64,000 bases of DNA from Octopus bimaculoides. Lineage: Eukaryota. A model generated the notes under the pieces. It searched no databases. It was not told the origin of the DNA and saw nothing but the letters and a program-made list of their open reading frames with translations. Position 1 is the first letter of the stretch. The number at the start of each line of letters is the position of its first letter. Shown here one piece after another: positions 1 through 14,386 of the stretch. The position numbers and the translations under genes are program-made. The stretch covers positions 140,480,915-140,544,914 of the forward strand of contig NC_068984.1 in the NCBI RefSeq assembly GCF_001194135.2, given 5' to 3'.

Positions 1-1201
1 TATTGTATTTCGATCTGTTTGGCTCCGTATGAGTTTTTGAGGAGTTTTACAAATACAAAAAGGAGACAACCGAAGAAGAGAGGTGGGGGGAAAAAAACCA
101 AAAAACGCCAGAGATTGAGTGACGTGTTGGAGGAATAAATAAATAAATGAAATTAATGAAAAAAGCAGAAAAATGTTTAGTTTAGTTCGACAAAAATCTC
201 TGATAGATAAGTCCCGTGCTGCTATGGCGGGCGTTAGTTATGGCCGCTTCACAACTTCCTTTCCACCTTTTCCAACCAACAATTCACCACACTATCTCAC
301 TGCAAATAATTCATATATTATCACAGCTCAGCAGGCTGCAAACGAACGAAATACCACACAGCAAACAGCCTTTCTTCTTCCCTCCAAACTCTCTCTCACA
401 CACACACCTTTCGATGATCACGCACCCCTAATCCCAACAATTCGGTGTAATTATAGGAGGAGGGTAAGAAGAGAAAATGAAAAGAAAAGAGAGGGGTATC
501 CTCTTGCATTGGATCGATTTAAAAACGCAACAGTGTTGCTACTGCAGGAAGAGGAAGGGAAAGAGAGGGAGAAATTGTAAGAGACATTGAAGTAGGAATA
601 TATAGAAGGAAAAAAATAACAAAGCAAAAACTATCAGATAAAGTTCCCAAACCAGTGCAATATGAGTTGTAATAATAATAATAATAATAATAGTGGTGGC
701 GGTGAACGTGATGCCCGTGTGATCACCATATGTCAATGGCGGCGAAGGACTGACTCCACACATTGAAACTGACTACATACATACAAACAACAATGGCTGC
801 AGAGAAAAAAAACACACACACCCCAAATATCACCTATTTTGAGTGTTTGAAAACTGGGATGAAGAGTTAAGAGGTGAAAGAACAACACGTAAGGTCAAAA
901 ACGATGACGAATGATGATGACATATCAACGAAAGGCTGCCATTTTCGTTTAGATAGCGCAATAAAGAAAAGCTAACTTAAACTCTTGAACACTAATTTAA
1001 GTGTGTGGCTTAAGTAACAGATAAGGAAGAAAGAAAAACAACAAAACAAAACAACCATTAGAGAGAAGACGAGTAAAACATATGCGATTCTTGATACTAC
1101 CCTTTTTTAAATAAATCCAATTTAGATTGAATGGTAGACTGGATGAATATGAAGTAAAGGCCGTCCAACAAGAACGAGTAATTAATATTCAAAATGCTCA
1201 C

Positions 1202-1228
1202 TTGGTAAACAGCTACCTCTCCCGACAT
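1202..1228 (-). CDS. Putative first coding exon segment MSGEVAVYQ of an unidentified gene continuing left of the window
   Basis: On the minus strand, aggATG TCG GGA GAG GTA GCT GTT TAC CAA is followed by donor gtgagc (phase 0). It lies in a CpG-retaining region. Confidence 0.45.
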
Positions 1229-3064
1229 CCTGCTTTTCAAGCCAGTTGGAACAGCACTGCTTACACAGTCGTCCAGATCATCCACGAAAATGAAGTAAAA
1301 AAGTTCTGACTGTCGTAAAAATGCAATCGAGAGGCTGTCGGCAATTAACAGCAACAACCACCACAACAGTGTGCGGGGAAATGAAATTCTGATGTGTGAC
1401 TGGATAGAAACAGAGCGACAACGACCTGCCTTAAAAGAATACTGGGCTACTTCTATATATACATATTATATACACACACATTATATATACATATATATAT
1501 ATATTTGATTATTATTATATATATATATATATATTTGTATTATATATTAAAGTATCGTTTCTCCCTAGCAACAGACCATCGCCCGTCTACGTTACTTTAT
1601 CGATCATCACTACCGCCGCCCCACCACACGTGTCATTTGCCCGATCTCCCAAGAAATATATATCAAATGTTTTTAGGGGTCACAGCTAGGAAGAGGTCAG
1701 TAGTTATGAAATATGGCACCGCAAATAACGACACAATAGTACAAAAAAAAAGCTGGGTTCGGACAGCTGAAAAAACAATAGATTTATGAAGAAATAAAAT
1801 TACGATTTATATACACTCGTACATACATACATAGAGGTAATGTGGGTTTTTTTAATAATAATTTAAGTCGCTCTATCTCTGTCTCTCAAACACGTGTGTA
1901 CGAAAAGTCGCTGAAGGGATTAGATTCGGTTTGAATATAATAAATTTCATATTTAAGATATATATATATATATATATATATATATTACACCCCGGATTTG
2001 TTAACAGGCCTCGAATGAATATTGCGACCTGTCCGTTTCGTGAAACCGATTGGTGTGGGGGAGAGAAATATAAGGAGCAAATGCCTGTTGTGTATCAGTT
2101 GAGATTAAATGTGAAATAAATGAATGACAATCAAAAGAAGGAACAAATTACCTACCAACATTGCATGCTTCGCTAATTAAGTCTTCCCCTTTTGGCACAA
2201 TATGGCAACAATATTCGTTGGTTGCTATAGCTTTATTACGTACGAAACAACACAGAGGAGAACCCCGACTTCACAATCACTCATATAGACCGACAGTATA
2301 CAGTCCTTGCCACACACACTAATGAAATCCTATCTTACAATAAAAGCAATATAACATAAAAGCCAACATTAGGCGAGAGATACGGGGAAAGAGAAAGAGT
2401 GTTTTTGTGTCAGTAAGAGACAGAGAAATGGAGAGAGGGAAGAAAGAAACAGAAAGAGAATGGGAGGGAGAGAGACAAAAAAAAATAGAGAGAGAAACGG
2501 ACAGAGAGAAATAGAGAAGGGGAAGAGAGAGAGAGAGGGACGAAGGGGAAGTGTGAGTGAGTGAGATAAGAAATAAACAGCCACATATATACACGGTGAG
2601 AAAAAAAGAGAGGAGGGAGAGACAGCTTGAAGGCGACAAAAGTGTAGGTGTGTGTGTGTGTGACAATAAGTCATTAGACGTTTTTAAAAAGCACAAGCAA
2701 CTTTAATTTCCTGAAAAATGTTTAAACGAGATCTTCCTGACTTGAGAAGACAAGGAAGAAGAAGTAAATGTTGTGGATTGTCGTCGATGAACGGGGGTTA
2801 CCAAATCGTACGCCTGGTTCGGAAGAAGCGAGGGTTTTGAAAAGGGTGGATCTCGTATCTGTGTATAAATATGTGGTGTTTAAATTTACCAACGGGAGAG
2901 AGAAAGGGGGATGCACTCAATACATGATGTAGAGTTTTATATCCATTTATTCGAAGCTGAGGCTTTCTTCCGTCGCAACTGAGTTTAGTTTCCGTTTTCC
3001 AAAGCGAGTCGCTGTGAAAAACGGAAACGCGAAATTATACTGATGAATAAGTATATACATACAT

Positions 3065-3097
<33 letters not shown>

Positions 3098-3246
3098 NNN
3101 NNNNNNNNNNNNNNNNNNNNNNNNNNNNNNNNNNNNNNNNNNNNNNNNNNNNNNNNNNNNNNNNNNNNNNNNNNNNNNNNNNNNNNNNNNNNNNNNNNNN
3201 NNNNNNNNNNNNNNNNNNNNNNNNNNNNNNNNNNATATACATACAT

Positions 3247-3303
<57 letters not shown>

Positions 3304-4589
3304 GATATACGTGTGTATGATGCACACACATGCGAATGCAAGAAACCTGTCAGCTTTCGAATGTATTAACGATCAAAGCGCTGTTCCAAGTGTGACCATC
3401 CCGTCTGTTTTTTTTTTAATAATATCTAGGAGTGTTTTTAATATCTAACCATTGTGTCCCTAAAGACAGTGGCGGGGGGGATGCTGTGATATGGAGATTT
3501 GGCTGCTATTTCTAACAGGTTTAAGTGACCACATGTGGACTTTGTCGTTGTCACACCGTGTCATGGAGCTGCTGTTCATCTGCAGACGAGCTCTGTCCGA
3601 GCAGATCTATGATTAAAGGTATTCCGGCCGTGGCCATCCCGTATGTTGTATATGCCTGACACTTCATGCTCCAGTGTCTTTTCGTTTTCAAAATAACAGG
3701 CAGTGATTTGAGAGACATTTCGCTACTATTTCCTAAAAAGTCAAGCGATGCCTATTTGTTGTCCCGTTTCTTTTCTTCGAGTAACTTTTTGAATAGATAA
3801 AGACTTATGAAAAAAAAATATGGGAAGCGGGATCTCCATTAGCCAAGAGTATTGCCACTCATTATTTTACCTTACACTTTATTTTTTACACGCAATCGTG
3901 ATTATAGAGCGGTTTAATAGGCGCAGACGTGGCTCTATGGTAAGAAGTTTGCTTCCAAACCACATGGCTCCGAGTTCGGTCCCACTGCGTATCGTTTTGG
4001 GCAAGTGTCTTCTACTATAGCAGCAGGTCGACCAAAACCTTACGAGTGGATTTCATCATCATCATCGTTTAAGGTCCGCTTTCCATGCTAGCATGGGTTG
4101 GGCAATTTGATTGAGGACTGGTGAACCAGATGGCTACACCAGGCTCCAATCTGATAGTGGGAAATTGAAAAACACTCGTCGTGTAGGTATATGCATATGC
4201 GAGTGTGTGTATATAATGAGTGTATGCGCTTCTATTTGTACCCATCAACTACCGTTGATTTATTCACGTCGCCGTAACTTAACGGTTCGCCAAATGATAA
4301 CAGTGAAATAAGTACCAAGTTTGAACAAAGGAAAACGTACGGGGGTCGATTTGTTACACCTAAACCCGACGAGACAGTGTCCCAGTATGACTGAAATAAA
4401 GTAAAAGATATAGCGGGAGATAAATTATAAAAGCACGGGAATCCGAAGAAATCGGGGCAAGATACCCGGACATAAGTGAATAATGCTATTTCCACCCTCG
4501 GGTTTTGGTCACAGACCGAAATAGAGCCTACATTCGTGGTACAATGAAATCGGAAATAATTGTGAAGAAAAAGTGCAACGAGAAAACGG

Positions 4590-4962
4590 AGATGGACTAT
4601 ATGTAATCTGAACCTTTCCCCACCTTATTTATTAATTTATTTTTTTTTTACGGAATCCCACGTTTTAGGCTATGGAGATTCCGATTCTGAAAAAAAAATT
4701 TTGGAAAAATTTCAATTCCCCCCCCACCACCAAACAGGCTATTTACATGCTAGAAATAACAGCCAAATCTCACAAAACTAGTGTTAGGGTTAGGTTTAGG
4801 TTTAGGGTTACGGTCAGGGTTAGGGTTAGGTTTATCCTGTGGATCTATATAAAACCCGGGAGGGGGGGAATCGAAATTTTGAAATAGCCTAAAACGTGGG
4901 ATTCCGTAAAAAAAGAAAATAAAACAGGGGGGGGGAAGGTTCAGAATACATATAGTCCATCT
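4590..4962. mobile_element. Fold-back element with long TIRs and an internal TTAGGG-like array
   Basis: agatggactatatg...tacggaatcccacgttttaggctat pairs with atagcctaaaacgtgggattccgta...catatagtccatct. Confidence 0.75.
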
Positions 4963-5345
4963 GGACCATATTTATTACACGTTATGTATCTGTACATGTA
5001 GGTGACTAAAATATATCACACACATGTTGTTACCGGACAGCGGCAAGGCTGAGGCACCAATTTCAAGGGTTGACTTGAAATAATCAACTCCATCATTTAT
5101 TTCAAGGAACCTAGTACTAAATTAATTAATCAATCGTTTTGCCGAATTGCTAAGTTACAGATACGTAAACAAACGTACTTCGGTTGTCACATGGCAAAGG
5201 GATACACACGCACACACGATACATGTACGTGTGAGCATTTACATACATACATACATACATATTAATTCACTCTCAAAACACTTAGCAACGGTGTCGCGCA
5301 GTAGGGTTGAACCTGAGATCACATGCCTGCGCCTATATATATATA

Positions 5346-5518
5346 TTATTGTCTGGAGAGAGTCATTTTCCTTTAGTGTCTTATTACTTAACACACTCAC
5401 CGGTTCGATTTCCACTTAATTATAGAAAAAATAAATAAGTAAATGAGTGGAAATCGAACCGGCGCGTGTGTTAAGTAATAAGGTACTAAAAGAGAATGAC
5501 TCTCTCCAGACACAATAA
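5346..5518. mobile_element. Small hairpin MITE with ~75-bp arms
   Basis: ttattgtctggagagagtcatt...ccggttcgatttccact pairs with agtggaaatcgaaccgg...aatgactctctccagacacaataa. Confidence 0.75.
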
Positions 5519-5562
5519 AATACGCTTCAACAGACAAATCTTGCAAAGCGAATACAAAATCG

Positions 5563-5594
<32 letters not shown>

Positions 5595-8500
5595 NNNNNN
5601 NNNNNNNNNNNNNNNNNNNNNNNNNNNNNNNNNNNNNNNNNNNNNNNNNNNNNNNNNNNNNNNNNNNNNNNNNNNNNNNNNNNNNNNNNNNNNNNNNNNN
5701 NNNNNNNNNNNNNNNNNNNNNNNNNNNNNNNNNNNNNNNNNNNNNNNNNNNNNNNNNNNNNNNNNNNNNNNNNNNNNNNNNNNNNNNNNNNNNNNNNNNN
5801 NNNNNNNNNNNNNNNNNNNNNNNNNNNNNNNNNNNNNNNNNNNNNNNNNNNNNNNNNNNNNNNNNNNNNNNNNNNNNNNNNNNNNNNNNNNNNNNNNNNN
5901 NNNNNNNNNNNNNNNNNNNNNNNNNNNNNNNNNNNNNNNNNNNNNNNNNNNNNNNNNNNNNNNNNNNNNNNNNNNNNNNNNNNNNNNNNNNNNNNGGGGG
6001 GGGGGTATTGAGGGAGGTGGCTTTATTGCAGGTGACGACTGCTTGGCATTCAGATTACTCCGTCAAATGTAAGGTTTATTTATAGAATGATATTGTGAGG
6101 AGCTGACTCTGGCCAGTTTGAATGAAAAACAAGAACAGGCAGAACATTTGAGCCTGATATGGCCAGTTTAAAGGTTAAAAGGGAGGGAACCCCAGTTGAG
6201 AAAGTGAGGAGATAGGGGTGGAAGATGCATCAGAACGTACCTCAAGTTAAAGGAAAGTAGAATATAAGAGAAGTGATACAGAGGATTGGAGAGGAAGCAC
6301 CAAAAATAGGATGTACTTCCTTTGAGCATCATAGGTAATGAATCCTTAAAATAAAGAAAATGGCCAGTTGGGGTAACGCATCTTTTTACTGTGATTTTAC
6401 AGATTTGACTTTTTAATCTCAGATGTTTAAAACATATGACAAACAAATAAATAAATAACACTGAAAAATTACATAAGCGGCGTGGATTAAAGATTAAAAA
6501 AAAAGAAAAGAAATCGCCGTCTGCAAAACACATATCTGAAGAAGTTTGGGACTTTTAGCATACAAGAACTATTTTCTGACTATTCTTTAGGAACATCAAA
6601 TGTGTGTGTAGGTGGGGGGGGTATGCACACACACATCCCACTAAGGATGCCACAATGAACATCGCATATCAACGTCTGAGGTTCTAGTGTACCATGGGGA
6701 ACTTCATGGTAGAGACCCCTCTCCATGCATTCCAGGAGACAACCGTTTATATTCTCCCCTAGTTCCTGTCATGTGCTGTTAACGATGTCCAGCAAGGGAA
6801 ATAACTGCCTATCTATAAAACCTGTAGCGCATCTCAGAATATCACAACACACATAATATAACATAGATTCTTTTTTCAGTGACCACTGTTTTTCACAATG
6901 TCACATCAGAATCTCTTTCCCCCATTAATTTTTGTAATTTCAATAATATCTGTAATCAAGTGGGTTCCGTTTCACAATGAACCTTTCGATTATGTCATCT
7001 GTGCTCTATGTTTGAGCAAATGGCTGCAAATGATGGGGAACACAAGACAAGTGAGAGTGTATACATTAAGAGGAAGCAGTTGAACAGAGAAACTAAGAGA
7101 GGGAGGAGGAAGAGAAGCTGGTAAGAATAAGTTATATGAATATATTTCAACATATATACATATTCCGGATGTGTGGATAGGTGTGTGTGTGTGTGTGTAC
7201 ATGTATATATATATATCATCATCATCAGTTTCATGTCTGATATATATATTCTTTTACTTGTTTCAGTCATTTGACTGCTGCCATGCTGGAGCACCATGTT
7301 TAGTTGAACTAATCGACCCCAGGACTTATTCTTTGTAAGCCTAGTACTTATTCTATCCATCTCTTTTGCTGAACACAGAATCGGTTCAAATTCCACTGAG
7401 GTTGACTTTGCCTTTTATCCTTTCAGGGTCAATAAATTAAGTACCAATTGCGTACTGGGGATCAATNNNNNNNNNNCCTTGTGCTTAGAGTAGAAAAGAA
7501 TATATTTCTAGTTTTAACAAGACTTGGGGATGATCAAGGCAGCAACTCACCCCTATTTCACCGTGCCAGCAGACAGCCCTTAGGTGGAACCTAGAAGTGA
7601 TCCAGGATCTGTCCTTTACGGTATCATTATTTTTCAGTTTTAGCAAGTATCTTTGCTTATATTTGTTTTGTCTCGTATCAGTTGTTCTCGCTGGTGCTTC
7701 TCTCAGACTTCACCATGGCTAGCTGTATTATCTTCACCTTTGCATTCAGTCCTGATTTTGGGGGCAAGTCAGGACCATTTCCACTTCCTTGGCATCTTAC
7801 ACAAGCATATTGGTAGCATGTGCCTTCTGGCCTTCTAAGAAACATATGAAATTTCTTTCACTGCTGATTTCTTTATCAATGCTTGCCTCTTCTTCACCAA
7901 TCATAATGCTGTCTAACAAGACATATATGGCTTGAAGAAGGCATAAGAATCAAACAATGCTTTCTTTTTCCATTAGATCTATAGAAGCTATAGTGTTTCT
8001 GGGCCTCTATAATCAAATTGCTGGATGGAAGTGTTTAGCCATATTCCATATTATTAAGAAAATGCAAATTTCTTCCACCTGTCAATTTTGTTGCTTCAAG
8101 AAATTATAAGATTTCTCTTTCTATAAAATCGGTTTTATGAGGAAGGTTCTTTTGAAAAACATGCATGGGCACTTAGATGTAGGGGAAATAATCCCTTTTT
8201 ATAGTAAGGGGATTTCTAGGTAAGGACTAACCCTTACTTCTAAGATGAAATGGATCAGTTGGCTAAAATGTATTTCTCATCATAAGGACAAGAGGAAAAT
8301 ATTTCACATTTGCAGTTCAGACATATTCTTCAATCATTGTATTCAACCTTGACAAGGAAATATTTTTGCTTGTTTAATTATCTAAAAGTACGATAACAAG
8401 AAACATGGAAAGACAGACCGACAGTTAAAAAACAGACATAAGACACACAAGCATGTTTTAGATTAGACGGTTAACAGAAAATATAAAGAAAAAGAACTTT

Positions 8501-9005
8501 TTGAAAGACAGAAGAAAACAGAATACAATGGAGAAGAGTGATTAATTGTTAAACAAATTTGTCTATTTCACTAAATTGACAGAATCATTTTGTAGGCTTA
8601 TATTTATTCTGTTAAAGAATAGATGTATTTAGTTGTTAGATAGAAACAATATTTATATATTAAATTACTGAATTACTCTGTCACTGAATTAAAGTATTTA
8701 CCTTTGTTTAAATAAATAGCAAAATAGATTTACCTACAAGTTTATTAATTTCAGAAAGGTAAAAGGATATTATTCATATATAATAAAAGATAACAGTGGC
8801 TATTTGTTACAATAATACATCTGTCTATTTATTAATTTTCTTAGAAGAAGCTTATTTCAATTTGTTCAGAGTCAAGGGAGAAACCTGTCAGAAGGAAACA
8901 GAAAATCAGAAGAAAAAATCAATAACACAGGAGGAAGAAAAGATAAAGATTACTTTGTACGTTGCTTTCATAAACTAAAATAATTAAAAAGTTTCTTACC
9001 ACAAA

Positions 9006-9211
9006 CCCTTTAGCATTCTGATTACTCAGTCAAAATTCACATTGTTTTGAATTAATTATGCATTAGCTCATAGCTTCTAAATTTTGATTATGCGATCGTT
9101 TATTTTTAGAATGACATTGTAGGTTTGGTATAAGAGGCTGAATCTAGATGGTTTAAACATAAAGTACGTAGAATATTTGGGCCAGATATGGCCTGTTTGA
9201 ATGCTAAAGGG
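9006..9211. mobile_element. piggyBac-like MITE family 1 (TIR CCCTTTAGCATT), copy A
   Basis: ccctttagcatt ... aatgctaaaggg followed by ttaa; the interior is an inverted homologue of 9722-9934. Confidence 0.75.
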
Positions 9212-9289
9212 TTAATAAAAAAATGTAAAACATGAATGCTTGTACCTTAATTCCTTGTTTATAAACCCCTAAGATGAACAGCCATTTGT

Positions 9290-10589
9290 ATGAATTTTGC
9301 TCTTTTGAAAGGAGTTTAGATCAGATCCATATCAGATATATTGCATGCTGTTTGAATTTACAAAGGGCTTTCCAGCAATAGAAGCAGCAAGAAATACTCA
9401 TTCTGTCTATGGAAATGAATGTTATAAGTATCAGCACATGCCAACAATGGTTTAGCCAGTTTTGCTCAGGTAATTTTTCATTCGCAGAGTCTCCTTGATC
9501 TGGATGACCTAGTTCTATCAATATTGAGCTTCTAAAGACCATAGTTGAAGAAAATCCAAAGCAAACTGCACCAGGATTAGCAAAATAGTTCAATTCAAAT
9601 CCCACTTTGATTATGAAACAACTTCATGAACTTAGAAAAGTACTCAAACTTGGTCAGGAAGTCCCTTATCATCTAACTGCCTCCCAATTTAATCAGTACG
9701 TAACCTTTTGTTTGTCATTAACCCTTTAGCATTTAAACTGGCCATATCCGGCCAAAATATTCTGCCTGTTTTATGTTGAAAGTGACCAGATCTGGCCTCT
9801 CCTCTACAATGCCTCTCTAAGACTAAACAATCACATCACTGAAATCTCAAAGCTATGAGATAATGCATGATTAATTCAAAACAAGGTGGATAAATAAGCA
9901 CTGCATTTAACACAGTTATCTGAATGCTAAAGGGTTAAAGAGTAGACTTGCTACTGAACCTTTCTTGGGTAGAATCATCACAAGCGAAGAAAAATAGAAT
10001 CTCTATAATCATATCCAATGACAAAGAAGAATCTGTCCCCAAACCAGAATTACACACAAAACAAGTTATGTTGTGTTTGGTGTGATATGAAGGGTGCCAT
10101 TTATCATGACACGTTAAAGCAAAACAGAACAATTAATGTGGAGACATGCTGTCATCAACTGGAAGCACTACACAAAAAGCACCCATCATTGGTCAGTCAT
10201 GAAGGAGTGTTGCTCTTAAACAATAATGCAAAACCATACATTATCCAGGTCACCCAGGAAAGGATTATAGCACTGAACAGAAGTTTTGCCTTGTCTTCTT
10301 TACTCACTTGACCTTGCGCCATCTGACAATCATCTTTTCAAACCATTGCAACATTTCGTATAGGGAGAACAGTTTATTATCTGTGAAAGGTTAAAAATTA
10401 TATCAAGTGTTCTTTTGAAACCTGAAGAATGTTATGCTCGAGGGATCGACAACTTGCCAAATATTTGGTATTATGTCATCAACAAAGAAGGAAAATATTA
10501 CCTTGATTAAATATATCAATTAAGACCAAAGAAGCATTTGTTTCTTCCCCCATCATGAAATGCAACAAAACCATCTCTCTAACCTAATA
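9290..10589 (+). mobile_element. Decayed mariner (Tc1/mariner, DD34D-type) transposon interrupted by a MITE
   Basis: Frameshifted translation gives HTH-region QQWFSQF-SGNFS, EPFLGRIITSEEK, WCDMKGAIYH, LLLNNNAKP and DLAPSDNHLF. The right end ctaacctaata resembles a mariner TIR plus TA. Confidence 0.9.
9722..9934. mobile_element. piggyBac-like MITE family 1, copy B, with TTAA target-site duplication, inserted in the mariner
   Basis: TTAA at 9718-9721 and 9935-9938; 12-bp TIR. Confidence 0.82.
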
Positions 10590-10819
10590 CACACACACAA
10601 CAGTATCCACCAGACCATCAGATGCAGTTATACATCACTGGTCACAATGCACTTCCAACTCTGTCTTGACTGTGAAGTTCTTTCCATCATGACCCTAACT
10701 GCTAGAGACTTACCTCCTTTTGTCAGTCATTAAGACAGTGCTTTTGAGTTGTTTTAACTCTTATTTTTAGCATGTCAGCACCCGCCGTCACTTTTGTGAC
10801 TTATTAATTTTGCATTTAG

Positions 10820-10853
<34 letters not shown>

Positions 10854-11916
10854 NNNNNNNNNNNNNNNNNNNNNNNNNNNNNNNNNNNNNNNNNNNNNNN
10901 NNNNNNNNNNNNNNNNNNNNNNNNNNNNNNNNNNNNNNNNNNNNNNNNNNNNNNNNNNNNNNNNNNNNNNNNNNNNNNNNNNNNNNNNNNNNNNNNNNNN
11001 NNNNNNNNNNNNNNNNNNNNNNNNNNNNNNNNNNNNNNNNNNNNNNNNNNNNNNNNNNNNNNNNNNNNNNNNNNNNNNNNNNNNNNNNNNNNNNNNNNNN
11101 NNNNNNNNNNNNNNNNNNNNNNNNNNNNNNNNNNNNNNNNNNNNNNNNNNNNNNNNNNNNNNNNNNNNNNNNNNNNNNNNNNNNNNNNNNNNNNNNNNNN
11201 NNNNNNNNNNNNNNNNNNNNNNNNNNNNNNNNNNNNNNNNNNNNNNNNNNNNNNNNNNNNNNNNNNNNNNNNNNNNNNNNNNNNNNNNNNNNNNNNNNNN
11301 NNNNNNNNNNNNNNNNNNNNNNNNNNNNNNNNNNNNNNNNNNNNNNNNNNNNNNNNNNNNNNNNNNNNNNNNNNNNNNNNNNNNNNNNNNNNNNNNNTAT
11401 ATATACATATATATGTACATACATATGTACATACATACATTCGTACTATACATACATAACATATATATAAATATGTGTGTGTGTGTGTGTATATAAAATG
11501 TTTATCCTTTCTGTCTCTGAAGATGACCAGATTAGATTAACTCTGTGTATCCTGAATAAATTATTAGGTCAATATTGGCATAAAATCTACAATTACAGTG
11601 GGTTCATGTAATAGCAGAATCGTGATTCAGTGAGGCTCTTGTTTTCCATTCCTTGCTCTTTACCTGTCTTGCAAATTACTTTGTGGCCTTATTAGTATTA
11701 GTGGCATAAGAAAAGTACCCACTATGCACTGCAAAGTGGTTGGCATTGGGAAGGACATCCAGCTGTAGAAACCATGCTCAGACTATCACTAAAGCTCAAT
11801 GTAGGCCTGCAGCTCATTGTCTCTGGACCATGTCATCATCATCATCGTTTAACGTCAGTAGGGTTAAAATGAATTTGTTTGAAATTTTAAGGCGTTGCCA
11901 TTATTTTGTCCAACCC

Positions 11917-11954
<38 letters not shown>

Positions 11955-12107
11955 TCATCATCATCGTTTAACGTCCGCTTTCCATGCTAGCATGGGTTGG
12001 ACGATTTGACTGAGGACTGGTGAAACCGGATGGCAACACCAGGCTCCAATCTAATTTGGCAGAGTTTCTACAGCTGGATGCCCTTCCTAATGCCAACCAC
12101 TCAGAGA

Positions 12108-12150
<43 letters not shown>

Positions 12151-12400
12151 AAATGGAACAAGGGGAATAAGAGACAGAGCAGTTGGACAACTGGAGAGGT
12201 TTCAACAGGCAGACAAAAATTCAAAAGATTGTGGTTAAAATGTAAATATAAACAAAGAATACACAAAATGTTATGCAGAGCGAATTGCACACTGAAAGAA
12301 AGCAAAAGAACCAGGCTGACATTTTGGGTGAACCCTTTATCAAATTGGAGCAAGAAAGAAATAAGCAAGAAAAAAGAAACAAAAGTATGTGTATAACAGA

Positions 12401-12434
<34 letters not shown>

Positions 12435-14386
12435 CTTCTTTCAGTTTCCGACTACCAAATCCACTCACAAGGCTTTGGTCAGCCCGAGGTTATAGTAGAA
12501 GACACTTGCCCAAGGTGCCACGCAGTGGGACTGAACCCAGAACCATGTGGTTCGTAAGCAAGCTACTTACCACACAGCCACTCCTGCACCTATAATACAC
12601 ACACACACACACACACATGCATGTAAATATATACATACATCCACTTCCCATGCGTGCAGGAGTCTGACAGAATTTGCTGAAGTAGATTATCTACAACCAG
12701 ATGCTCTTCCTGTAGCAAATCCTCAGCTGTTTCCAAGTCAGGTAATACTTCGCCATGACCAGATAGGTTTCCATGAAACCATGAGAATGAAGGACACCAC
12801 TTGTGTAAATCTATCATGTGAATCTAAGGAGACAGTAACATACACACACATGTATATATATTTATATATGACAAGCTTCTTCCAGTTTCTGTCTACCAAA
12901 TCCACTTATAAGACTTTGGTCAGCTCAGGGTTATAGCAGAAGACACTGGCCGAAGGTGACACACAGTGGGGCTGAATCTAAAACCATGTGACTGAGAAGC
13001 AAATTTTCTGCCCCCACAAAAATTTTGTAAGAAAAAACATGTAAACTTCCAGAATTGATATCATGAATGATTAATTTATTTCAATTTATTTTCCCTTCTC
13101 TCACAGCAAGGCTAAATCATATTTCAAACGCTGACCCCAGTAGACACTTACTTCAAAGCCTTTTCTTGCTGTGAAGACACAAGGCTAGGCACATTATAAA
13201 AACCTGCCGAGCCAAGTGTCTTCACAGCAAGAAACTATTACTAGCTTGTATCTTTACACTGTATACATTAAATGATATTTATCTTTCACTGGATGAAGGA
13301 CTTTTTTGTTGATCTTACCTTAACAGAACACTAAACTATACACAGACAATTGTGTGAGTGAATGTATACATTTATACTGAGGCTCTGAAGTTGACTTTGG
13401 GGGTATTTAAATTCAGAACCTAAAAATCTAAAACAAATATCACAATGCACTTTGCCTGATACTCTGCAAAACCATGACCCCATTTAACATCTGTTTTCCA
13501 TGTTGGCATGGGTTGGATGGTTTGACCAGAGCTGGCAAGCCACACAGCTGCACCAGTCTCCAGCTTGATTTGGCATGGTTTCTATGGCTGGATGCTCTTC
13601 CAGATGCCAACCACTTTACAGAGTGTGCTGGGTGCTTTTACTTGTCACAGCACAAGCACACTTTCATGAATGCTTTTTATGTGGCACCAGCACATAAAAA
13701 TTGCAGGAAAATCCTCCACATCAGAAGATGGGCATATATCACTGTTGTTTTAACATCCACTTTTCCATGCTAGCATAGGTTGCATGGAATTTATCGAGGC
13801 AGATTTTCTACAACCAGATGCCCTTGCTGGCACCAGCCCTCATCTGTTTCCAAGCAAAAGTGATATTTTCCCCTTGGCCAGACATATCCATCCTCTCAGG
13901 ATATTGGAAACGAACGACATAACTTGTATGATACGGATAGTCATTTAAAACTCTCACAGAATGTCAAGACAAGGAGATGCAAGCATCTCACACATATACA
14001 TGCATATTGCTCACATGGCTTTGGTCGGCACAGAACTTTCATAAGAAACACTTGCCCAAGGTGTCACACACTGGGACTGAACTTAAAACCATGTGGTTGG
14101 GAAGCAAACTTCTTAACCATATAACCATGTTTGCATTTTTAAATTTTGGGTGATGGGGGTCTGTTAATCAAATCCCTCTGCCCCAGTACTTGCCTGGTAC
14201 CATATTTTATAAATCCAAGTGTCATGGAATATGACGCTGACCTTAGGAAGATTTGATCTCAAAATGTAAAAAGCTGAAAGATATTTTGCAAGACACTTTA
14301 ACTGACGTTTTCATTATTCTGCTAATAATGTTTCTTATCTAACCACAAGTCCAGCAATTTTCAGGGACAGGGTGTTTGTCTATTAT

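Noticed and set aside
173-580. 135-aa plus-strand ORF
   Set aside because: Low-complexity composition, no motif and no supporting splice structure.
4783-4832. TTAGGG-like arrays as a telomere or chromosome fusion site
   Set aside because: The arrays are short, degenerate and enclosed by TIRs, so they are internal parts of MITEs.
6950-7052. Possible + strand exon WVPFHNEPFDYVICALCLSKWLQMMGNTRQ ending at gtgaga
   Set aside because: Weak acceptor, no recognisable homology and no partner exons.
7560-8260. Non-repetitive-looking stretch that might be a decayed coding sequence
   Set aside because: Stops in all frames examined and no motif I could assign.
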